This document shows, in pieces, positions 12,612-23,800 of a DNA stretch of 64,000 bases. The stretch lies in assembly GCA_965202585.1 (NCBI GenBank), contig OZ241826.1, forward strand, positions 79,980,001 to 80,044,000, given 5' to 3'. The stretch's first letter is position 1. Each line of letters begins with the position of its first letter. The position numbers and the translations under genes are program-made. The DNA comes from Thalia democratica (Eukaryota). Below the pieces are notes generated by a model. It was not told the origin of the DNA. It saw only the letters and a list, made by a program, of their open reading frames with translations, and made no database searches.

Positions 12612-14080
12612 CTACTATGGCGCGAAACTCAATGACCTCGCGGTTTAATTACCACCGAACTTTGAAGCACCAATAGCAGGTAGCATGTCAGCATGTAACT
12701 GAATGCTCTGCAGGTTAGCGGTTTATCTCTCCTTAGGGAAATATTTCAGGGGAAGTACTATCAAACGCGAAATCTCATATGACGTTTTTCCACGAGCGAG
12801 CGATCGGTTTTCCACCGAAAAAAAAGAGTATGGGTCACGCATTGTGACGTCATAAAAGCAGATGGTTGAACGGTAAGTTTGCAATATTTGTAACACACTG
12901 TTTTAGCAAAAACTTCCAAAAAAAAATTATATTCTGTTTATTTTTTTGCTCTGTAATCCGTTTTTTTCTTTCGAGGTGTCTGCTCTGTATTGTTTAACGA
13001 TTGAAAGAAATGAAACTTTGCAATGCTGCTTTTTTTTTCGTTTACAAATGTTAGTTTTGACAATTTTTTCAACTATCTACAATTTAAACTAACTCGCTTA
13101 TAAAAAAAGGTTTACAAATAAATAAAATAAAAACTTACACGTCTATTTTGCAAGTTGATTAAAAAAACAACCAACTCCAAGTTTTTAAGACTTTAAAACT
13201 AAACATTGTCTTTACACTTCTTCGCTTTCCGAAAAAATAAAAACAGCCAATTACCGAGAAAAAGCACTCGTCAAAAACTAGCGACGTCGGCCGAAAGCAC
13301 TAAGAAAGCCAATAAAAAGCGACGATAAAGTTTCTCCCTTCTAACAGCGCTTAGCAAGGTTATTGCTTCCTGTGAGCTTAGAACTACTTTTACACGCAAT
13401 TTAACTTCAGTTTGTCGACTATGGCGCAAAACCAAACGACCTCGCGGTTTAATTATCATCGAACATCGAAATTTGTGAAAAGATATTCAGCGTGAGTACT
13501 TTCAATCGCTAATAATAGGTTACATACCAGCACGTAACTGAATGTACTGGAGGTTAGCGGTTTATCTCTCCTTGGGGAAATAATTTTAAAAATTTGAACG
13601 CAGAATCCCAGTGAGGCTTCAGTTTGATTTATGACGTTTTCCGCGAGCGCGCGATTGCACGAACAACTCGGGTCATGCATTGCTCGTTGTGACGTCACAA
13701 GCTGATGGCTGAACAGCGAAAGTAGGGAAAAGTCTTGCCACACTGCTTTTTAGTTTGAAAAGTTTATGTTGTTTTCTTGGTGACTTTTTCTTAACTATTT
13801 ATAACTTGAACAAGTCGCTTTTATGAAAGAAACAAAAAGTGAAAAAAATACAACAATCTTATGCAAACTCTTTTAAACTAAACAACCATCTTAAAATTTT
13901 TAACATTTGAAAACTAAACAGTATCGCACACTTGTTCACTTTCCCAAAAAAAAAACAGCCACTTACCCGGAAAAAACTCCCGCAGAAAAATAGCGAAGTC
14001 GGCCAAAAGCACAATGAAAAACCGATAAGCAAAAACAATTTTTCCCCTCACTAAGCGCACAGCGAGGTTATTGCTTCCTG
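12612..14080 (+). repeat. Diverged tandem duplication of a CpG-rich module (~12612-13374 and ~13417-14080)
   Basis: Shared strings in the same order: actatggcgc..aa.c.aa.gacctcgcggtttaatta, ggttagcggtttatctctcctt, ttgtgacgtca, aggttattgcttcctg. Confidence 0.85.
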
Positions 14081-14194
14081 CGTCCCTCCCCACAATTACG
14101 ACCCCTCGTAGCTTGGCAGTCGCTTTTCAGTCGCACGGGCACGAAAGTGGGGGTGGCGGCATTGTTGAAGGGTCGTGTGTGATCTGATGCTTCG

Positions 14195-14209
14195 TCTCTC
14201 TCTCTCTCT
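14195..14209. repeat. (TC)n microsatellite inside a CpG-rich promoter-like patch (~14080-14400)
   Basis: tctctctctctctct. Confidence 0.8.
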
Positions 14210-14403
14210 TTTCACTTTCGAGCAACAGCGGCGGCGATTAAAAGTTTGCTGAGCGGCGACACGGAGAGAGGCGAGCGGCGGAAAGAAGTGCATTCGACGG
14301 CAAGTCGACGAGCAGAAGCTTTTAATTTTGTAGCAGAAGCAAAGCGAGACGGCAGCTTTGGAAGCTTGTCGAAGTTTTGAATATCGAGATTCTGTTTTCG
14401 TAG

Positions 14404-14892
14404 GTGGTTAATGAGCAGTTTGCTGGTTTGAAAAGTTTTTATTTGAAACACATTGTTTAGTTATTTTTGTTATATGTTTTTTGATGTTTAAAAGTTTAGG
14501 TTTAGATTTGTTAAGTTTAAATAAATATATCTTTCTTGGTTTAGTTTATTCACAAACTAATTACAAGAATGATAAAGTCTGTAACACAAAACATAACTAA
14601 AACTAGGTAAATACTTTTACATCTCCCCCCAGATTTTATCTACTAAGGAGATAAAACGGCAAATTTACCTAGCAAAACAAAATTTCTTTTTAAACAATTT
14701 GTTACAACTTAAACGCATTTTTCAGGTCTAAAATTCAACAAAATTCAAAAATTTCAAAAATCTAGATTCTGCCGCGGTTGGCGGTTAATGAGCTGTTTGC
14801 TGGTTTAAAAAGTTTTTATTTGAAACACATTGTCGAGTTACTTTATTTTTTTTTTGTTGATTGAAAGTTTAGGTTTAGATTTGTAAAGTTAA
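14404..14892 (+). repeat. Local direct repeat (~14404-14520 and ~14771-14892)
   Basis: ggttaatgagc.gtttgctggttt.aaaagtttttatttgaaacacattgt...aaagtttaggtttagatttgt occurs twice. Confidence 0.85.
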
Positions 14893-16384
14893 TTCGATCA
14901 ACTATACTTTTTGTTTTATAAATAGTATGAACAAGAACTTAAAATGAGTAGTTAAAATATTTTGATACTTTTTTTGCAGTTTTTGTAACTACTTTAAAAA
15001 ACGAGATTTAAAATTTTTAAACTATTTTTCAACATCAATTAAATGAAAACTAAACAACTAATTTGATTTAAAAAAGTGTTTTTATAGATTCAAACAATCA
15101 TTTTTTATTCTGAAATTGTGTTAGATTAAAAACTATACAGTAAACTATTAATAATTGATGTATCCGAAATATAAATACTAGCTCCTCTTATCAATAAAAT
15201 AAATGATTACAAAACAATTGTTCTAATTGTTAAAATAAAATAATACTAAAACAGTTAGACATTGTGTAGCAAACAGTTTTTTGATAATTTTAAAAAGTCT
15301 AATTTTATTAACAACAAAATTAATTGACATCTTTATTTATATACATTTTTTGAACTAATTCTAACTGTTTAATAAACTGAATGTTTATAATACCTTTACT
15401 TAAAAGCCTAAACTAACAGCTTTATAATATTTTGTCATTTATATTCTATAACTTTTTAGCAATGTTCATTGGTAGACAAACGAAGATTGTAAATTAATTA
15501 TGCATCGAATAAGTAGACTGAGTAAATAAAAGTATGCGTAAAAATCAAGGAAGAAAAAGTTGCCTTTTTTAGCGGAGCCGTAAAAATATTTAAAGGGTTG
15601 TTGGACTGCGGGCTCTTCAAAAATCTCAACGAAATTACACAACGCATCCAGAAAACCAGCGAGATTTTATTAGAGACCTTTCACAATCGCCCCCCTTTTT
15701 AAAGCGCTGTGCCGTCGCACAAAGCGATGTTATCTCAGCAGCTAACTGCCTTTTCCCTAGTTTAACGAGTGACAACAGCTTGCGAGTGATAAAAGCGAAA
15801 GGGGATAATCTCGGCGATAAGAAGCAGCGAAATTAAGTGAGGGCAAGTTGTATGTGAATGATGGGCGAAGAATCATTTGAACTCGAGCTTTCTCTTTATG
15901 GCTTCCAAGTGAAGCCAGCTCCTCACATGTCGCTAATAAGAGACGCCGAATTATCAACCGTCTAAAAAACTCGTTTTTCTGGCAGCATAGAAACTTTTCT
16001 TGCGTTTGGAAGTTGGCTTACATAAAGTCATAATCTCTGATGGCCACTTGCATGCTCTCAGAAGCCATACTGATTTCTTTGATAACTTATTTTTTCCTTG
16101 CGCTTTGTAAAAGCTTTTAAAAATGCTCATATAACAAGCAGACTCATATACTTGCTTAACGTTTAATTGTTTTAATTCTAACTAATACATTATTGAATAG
16201 TCTACTTATAAAAACTACTACTTTTCTAACAAACAATAAAGTTTTTGAGTTCTTATTAGCTGGTGGCAAGCATTTCTTTCACTTTCCACACGCGGTATTC
16301 CATCAGAAATCATTTAAAAAACAATCAGCGTGTCGAAATTACTTGGGAAGGCGAACAAATAAAACGAGACAGACAAGTGGTATG

Positions 16385-16900
16385 CCGAAAACTGTCGCCT
16401 TCACTTCAGTTTCCGAACAAAAAGCAAATCTGTCGCCGACATCGCTAATTTCAACTCGCTTCTTTATCCGCTAACCTCATAACACGCGATTTTCAAATCG
16501 CTTTAACAGACAGCTACCACACACAACGCGCCGCTAATTTCTTCTCTCGCTAATTGTAAGCTCTTTAGAGGCCGTCGCTTTTTTTTTTTCGTTTTAAAGA
16601 AGAAAAAGCTTTAAAAGCAGAGGGGCGGTGATTTTCGCTCGGTGTGTTTTCGGTTGCGTGTTTTATTGCAAACACACAAACAAAGAAAAGCGATTGCGGT
16701 GTTTGCACAGCGCGCTTCTGCTAACATGATTTCGCCCGTTTCGCCGAGGTCCGAGGTTTGTAACCGCAACAGAAATTAAATTAGTTGTTGCCGCATCACC
16801 TTAACCTGTTGTCAGGCAACGGAGCTGATCGCAATCTGTCTTCCACGGTTCCTCCTCCCAGGTCGTCACAACGGTCGAAGTCGTTTGCCGTGGTAACGAG
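16385..16900 (+). promoter_or_regulatory. Putative upstream promoter/5' UTR region of gene A with RFX X-boxes
   Basis: CpG-rich; GTTGTCAGGCAAC (16808-16820) and TTTGCCGTGGTAAC (16884-16897); homologous patches retained at 885-1232 (-) and 37147-37660 (+). Confidence 0.55.
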
Positions 16901-17544
16901 ATGATGAGAGGAGCGCGTTTGTCTAAAGTCTAAAGAGCTATAATTTTCCAAAAAAATATTTTTAAAAGAGGTTAGATGTGATTAGATATTGTTTTTAAAA
17001 GTGTCTGAGGTGTCTTATTCTTTTAATCACTAAATAAGCGTAAGCGTAGTATTCAAAATTTAAAAGTTTTGAATAAGCTTTTGTTTAGGTAGTGTTTAGG
17101 TTAGAGGCGTTAAGAATAATACATTGAAAAGAAATATCTTTTGTTAATAATGTAAGACTTTTTCAAAACATTTTTCACATGGTTTTAAAGCAATTTTTAG
17201 TAAATATCTTACAATTTACTATATGTTATGAACTACTCTAGTTAAATTCAAAACAACAGCTGTTTTATATTATTTTAATTTGTTGGTAAATAATACTTGT
17301 TTGTAAATTAGACATTAGTACTTTTGTTTCTGATAGAAACAGGATAAAACTGAGAATCATAATAAAAATTGTTAAAAAACTAAATTTTAAGCAGATTGCT
17401 TTTTTTGTAAACTATAAAGTTTATGTTTTAGAAATAAGGTTTAGCATGCGAAAAATACTTTTTTAAATTACAAACATTTACTAATCACTTACAGGTATTT
17501 AATAACAAAATAACACTTTTAGTTTAAATAAAAAAATTCTAAAT

Positions 17545-17819
17545 ATGGGTTCTTCAGCAGTTCCGGGTATTTCTCCCGATTTATCGACAATTTTAAGCCA
17601 ATCAGGTGCTGAGTTCGGGGATTTTTTTTCTCAACCCGACCTTGCCAGTATGTGGATGCTTAACAACCCGGCAGCCATGTTGCCTGGTAACCCGTTTCCT
17701 GGGGGATTTCCGCAAATTCCCTCTAACTTCGGTGGGATGAATGGGGCTAAGCAGCAAAAAGGTGGTGATTTTTCCGGGTACGACCCGCTAAGATTAGGAG
17801 GCCCAAATCAGTTTAACTG
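17545..17819 (+). CDS. Gene A exon 1 (MGSSAVPG...GPNQFN), G/P/F/Q-rich low-complexity N-terminus
   Basis: GC-richer ORF in AT-rich flanks; donor tg|gtgagt at 17820; phase 2 matches the next exon. The start codon is less certain because ttcag/cag at 17557-17560 could be an acceptor. Confidence 0.7.
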
Positions 17820-20800
17820 GTGAGTATTTAAACAAATTATTCTATAACTAAGTAAAACAAAAAGTTAGTAATATCTTTTTATCAACTGCTGAAAATACCT
17901 ATTTAAAATTACGTTGCCTGTAATCCTTTAAAACTTCGAAAAATTGTACTAATGTTTTTAAATTAAGAAATGTTTGCTTTGAAATAAGTTTTATTGTTTA
18001 GCTTTGTTGTGTGGTAGTTCTTTAAATATATTTTTCCACTCTAATATTACAGGTCAAAAAACAAACAAATAAACTTATTAACAATCATAAAATTTACTAC
18101 AGGCGTTTATACTTATCTGGAAAAAAAGTTAGAATTGATTAACTAAATCGGGCACAAACTTTATTTAAAAAATAATATAAATTACTAGTAACTATACTTG
18201 AACTTTTTTAAGACAATAATAAACTTAATAACTTCAAAGTAACATTACCTGATAAAGTTGTGTCTTTCAAAACAACACTGCTAAAGACTATAAATACTAA
18301 ACCTCGAAAATCCATCAAAAAGCTTTTCTTTGTGAAAAAAGTTTTAACTATAGACATATGGTTTACTTTACCGCGTCTGGAGGGACCTTAAAACCGCCTT
18401 CGCAGACGTCGGTGATTTTCGTCGAAGCTGTTTAATAAAACTGCGGAAGTGCTGAAAGCGAGACGACCCAGTTATGCCACCTCGGTTGCCAAGCGAGAGA
18501 CCACAAGCGTTTATCTGCTTCATTGCAGCCACAACTTGGCAACCGTTGCTAAGGAGCTTGTTTACATGGTGACGTGTTGGGCTCGTCGGATGTGTTTTTA
18601 CTGCCGCATGTGTGGCTGGTTGCTATGGAAACTGCTGACTTGTTTAGTTGTAACAACAAAAATATTGAATGTAAAATAAGATTGTACTACCGGTACGCTG
18701 TTGCAAAACAAAGTTCCCTTTCGTTTAGTTTATGTACTCAAAACAGTGTCAAAAACTTCTCTTTATTTAATTTGTGTTTCTATCTGTTGTTGCTTAGTAT
18801 TTGAATATTTTGCAAGCGAAAACATCTTTAAAACAATAAATTCGATTTTTGTTCTTTTCCAACCTTTCGTATGAACTGATTTTATCATAAATGAAAGTTT
18901 AAAAAATTACACAAGCAGATTTTAAGTTTGTTATTGCCTAAAACTAAAAGTTTTCAGGTTACAAATTTTAAACCTGATGAGCTTGAACAAAAAGCAAGAA
19001 AATATGTTGCCGTTTCCTTATATGCCAATGTTCGACAACACAACGTTTTCACGGTAAAGTTATAAATTACCAAAACTATAATTAGAATAAAGCGTTTTTT
19101 AATCGGTTTTTAAGATAAAAAACTAACTTTCACTTGCATTAACTTAACTTGATTTTTTACTTAATAACAATAAAAAAAATTTTTGTTACTCATTTTTTTT
19201 TTCAAAATAAACAGTTTGCAGTTTTGATACAACTAAGTTTAGTAATTAACTATAACACCGTTTTAGATTTTTATTGTTCTTTTTATTTTGTTCCTGATTC
19301 TCAACTTTTACACAGCAACAACCAGCTCAATCATCATCAGCTGGTTTCCACGCAACAGAGATCAACTTCCGCTATGACGTCATCACCAGAACTGTCATCC
19401 CCGACTTTCGTTGCCGAATGTCAGCAGTCCCCGACTGCTGTTAGTAGCAACGGAAAAAGAGTCGTTACTCCTAACAACAACAGTAAGTTTTTGTTAAAGT
19501 GTATAGTGTGCACACGATGAAAAAACCAATACGAAACTAAAGTTTTCATTTATATTTACTATAATGTTTTCTAAATATATTTATCATTCGGTTTATAAAA
19601 TTATTTTTAATTTATTTTGGATTTTCTAAAAAAAAGTTGTAAAAAGGCCATTAACTTTGCATATGATGAACAAATTTTGCAGCTGTTAAATTTAATTATG
19701 TTCTTTAAAAATAATTTGAAGCAAGCAATGGTTTTAACTTTTTCCAGCTTGAATTTGTTTGTGACATTAACGACTGCAGAAAGTATATCAGTTTTTTAAT
19801 ATATATAAATGTCACTGAGCACTTGAATATATAAGCGAATTTTACACATATTAACTTACACTCGTCAAAGCTTTACGGGTTCGCGAGCTTTTAACAAGCG
19901 CATTGATGTTTCAACAAATTTAAATTCAACTTATCAATCCTACAAACTCGCACGTGCTTAGGTGCTACGCGGCTCAAAGTAGATTTGATTGCTATATAAA
20001 GCTGATTTCAGTAACTTCGGTGCCAAGTCCTGACACCGTGGATTAGCGTTGATCTTCCCCTTTGTTCTAATCTTCAGCGCTATGAAACCCTACCCTGCGT
20101 AACGCTGGTGTATAGAGAAGGTGATTAGTTATTTCAGACGAGAAACAGCGAGAAATATTCTTGTTGTTTTGTTGTTGGCGGTTTACAAACAAAAAACTGC
20201 TTGCGATATTTGCACACAAGTCAATGTAGACGACTGCCATCATGTTGATGAATTTTTGTGTATTTGAGGATTAAGGATGTGCCTTTTTTGTTTGTTTTTT
20301 AAATCATTATTTGTTTGATTTGATTTTTAATACAAAAAATGTGAAGCATAATTAAATATATTGATCTAGTCAGAAGTTCCTGTGCCTCTAATAAATCTTA
20401 CTTCTTAAATAACGTTTTTAGATGTGTAAAATGAGAAAGCTTACAACAAAAATTAATGACAGAAAAATTTGCGAGTAAGCAAAAAAGCCTGCATAAAAAT
20501 ATCAAAAGTTTTTCTCTGCTAAAAGGTTTTGCAAAACCCTCTACCTACTGCCTTACTAATTAAGCTGCACCTCGCTAGGATTTTTAAAACGCTGAAAAGT
20601 CGACTTGTCTCGCGATGTGTCTTTGAAAAGCGTTAAGTCACGGAACACGCCTCTGAAATCAGCTAAAAGCTCTAAGTGTCGCGGCGAGCTCAGTCGGCTT
20701 TTTATCTGCCGTTCAATCATTCAGTGAATTTCGGCGGTAATTATTCTCGCACCACTCACCTCACACGTCTCAATAGAGAGAGAGTTTCAAACGGCCGCAG

Positions 20801-23800
20801 CGTAAAAAAGCGAATATAAATCTGGCGCGGCGATAAATAATGAATAAAAGCTTCTCGTCGTTCGATCGTCAGCTGTCGGGCGGCGCTTTGTACCATAGAA
20901 AGCTGGAAAGCCTATTGTGTGACAAGAGAGCGAGCACTTTTGACACAGAGATTATTATGACGTCACAGCGAACGTTGTTTGGCGTACGAGCGGCGGGTAA
21001 AAACGTTTTGATTGGCACAAATCGTCGAGCGGCGTTCTCTTTTTTTTTTCGCAAAGTGCCGTCAATTTTTGTATAACGCACCCGCGTTAACACCGCAAAT
21101 ATTCGATTCCGTTTGTACAGGCAGCATCGAATTACAATCATTGAAAACTAGTCACGGTTATTCGCTTCCTTCTGCTCGAGATTATCTGCTGCTGTCGCTG
21201 CTTCTTTTTATCGCCGCTCTTAATTCTTTGTCACATCATTGCAGCTCACCTATTCGGCTTTTTCTTTGCGTTGTTGTGTGTTGCCAATGGAAACCTTCGT
21301 CGATAGAAGCGTTGCTAGAGGTCACCATTGGCTGCGTGTCTAATTTATCGATTGACGAGCTTCCTTTCCGTTCCAGCTTCATTTTAAATCGCATCCTGCG
21401 AGTGTTCACTCTGTATTTTTTATCTCATAAAGTTAATTGAAACTGAAAGGCAACTGTCGTCGGTGAGTATTTATAATAATACATTGCTTGTAAATACTTT
21501 TAGCTGCACACTCAAAAAATTTATAGTTCAAGGTTTTCATTTTCTAATATTATTACAATTGAGTCTGATAACAAAACTGTTTACCAAAACAAGCAATAAA
21601 GCTTAAGAAAGTGTATTTTGATCTGACATAATACATAAGTTTATTTATAGAAAGATAAAATTTCAATGTATAAACTTATTTAAACTTAAAATCTAAATCT
21701 GTTTAAATACAAGTTAAAAACATCCGCAGATTTGATGGAAAGTTCAATGAGCAAAATGAGACTTCAAAACCGGTTGTTAGGTGCAACCAGTCATCACCAC
21801 GTGGCAACGGAGGGTTGCAGGTGGACGGTGAACCTACCGAAAGGTCACGTGAGCAGCTCGGAGGTGGAAGTGAAGAAGGACGAAGGAGGAGAGGAGTTTT
21901 TGGAGGTGACTTGCGGCGACAACAATGCCCTCCTCTACATCGCAAGACTCAGCCAGGGTAGCAAAGGTGGGTTTATGTTTTTAAACAATTGTTTATCTGA
22001 TGTTAAATTTTTATTTTTTTTACTTAATGCATATATGAATAAATAACAAATTATAAACTAGAACAGTTTAGACAAACTTTAGATTTTATGAAATTATTAT
22101 TTACAGTTAAAAGACAGGTTTGTCAGTACATCTATATTAAAATAAAACTAAATCAGATTAAAATAATTTTTGTCTAGTGTTTTATGAACATGCAATGTTT
22201 AAAGCTGCTAAATATTGAATAGATAGGATATTTTTTTCTTTTCTAGTTAACTCTCTTGCTTCATAATAGCAAACTATAATTTCGTTCAAATTAAAAAGTA
22301 ATTTGTTTTAATGTATACAAGAATCAAGTTTTCATTTTTTTTTGTCTTTTATGATATTGTGTTGCTTGTAAAGTTTCTAAATAATTTAATCAAAAAAGAT
22401 ACTAAAAAATCTTTATAAAAACTAAATTGTCTTTTAAACAAAGCCTAAGCATAATAAATTTTAAAATTTACCAAAATGTAAGTATTAAAAATTTTTAATA
22501 ATAATGCATTTGTGCAAAATATTTGTAATAGCTGTTATATCTATTTGTCTTAAGTATGCATAAACATTGTGTCGATATTTTTTTTTTATCATATTTAATA
22601 TAAAATATTCGTATTTTAAGAAAACCATTATCAACAACAGTAAAGTCCGTTTAAACAAAACCTATAAGAATTCTAAAACTAAAAAACTTAAAAGAACAGC
22701 ATGTTTTGCTTAAAATATGTTGTAATTGACAACAGCTCACAGTTAAATAGGTTGCAAAGCAGACTGCGAGTTAAATCACGAGCGCAAAAAGTATTTCGTT
22801 GCAATTTAATTACTTTCTCGCAACGCAGACTGTTCCTTATGTTTCGCCTTAATTTCTTTCAGTTTGTTTGACCAGAACGTGAAATTCCATTGAATACGGC
22901 CGCTCGTGATTTTTTAGAGAAGTTTTCTTTTTCATGTTTAAGTCGATTTTTGCTCGGAGTGCCGTCTCTATCTGTAAATTGAATTATCTTTTTGCGTAAA
23001 ACAAAACAGAGTGAAGTTTAATGGTATTATTGTATTTATATTTTTTCTATTTTTATACGTTAAATTTCAATGATTTAATAAAAAAAAGTTTTCACCTAAA
23101 AATTTTAAATGCTTTATTACAAAGAAAAATGAAGAAAATAAGTAGCTTAAGGTATTATTCAACATTTAATTTTGAATTCAACCGATCTAAACTTAACAGG
23201 CAAAGCAAGTTTTTTTTTAATTTCTTAGTGTCTTTACATAAAAGCATGAAAAGTTCTTAGAACTTTAGTATTTTAGTTTACTTTAACATTTTTTATTTAC
23301 TATCATTTGAAAAATTTATAAGCTCATCAAATTGACAATTTTTATTTTGTTAGCAATCAATGAGTCTATAAAATTCGTGATTATAATGGGTGGCATAATA
23401 AAAAATAAAGGATAAAATTAAAAAATGAACAACTTAGTTGTAAGCGCTCACTTAATTAAAATGCTGTAAATATGTCAAAAGTTTTAGAACTTTGAGTAGG
23501 TGGTTATTTCAAGTTTATTAAACAATAAAAACCAGCTTGGTGCGAGTTTGAAATGAGAGAACTACAAACTTATAAAACGAGTTACGCTTTTCGTTTCATT
23601 TAATAATCAGCAGCCTGTCGCGTTTCACTTTAACTTTTAGTACAAAAATATTGTGAGTCGCTTGTTTTAAGAAAGACAGATTTTTGTTTTGATCTCATTT
23701 TTTTTGTTGAAACTTAAATTCAATTCCTTATCAGTGCGTTTAATAATCTTAAATTCAAAACTAAAAGAAACAAAAATCTTAGATTTGTTCAATAGTACAC

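Noticed and set aside
18449-18804. Overlapping 76-aa ORFs in intron 1
   Set aside because: Explained by a GC-richer X-box-containing regulatory element; no fitting splice phase, and the homologous copies do not keep the frame.
18974-19020. CTGATGA-GCTT..AAGC-aaGAAA hammerhead-like string
   Set aside because: Extra nucleotides before GAAA and no NUH cleavage triplet.
21012-21440. 142-aa ORF (longest in the track)
   Set aside because: Starts at TTG, has no recognisable domain, and coincides with the CpG-rich internal promoter/UTR exon.
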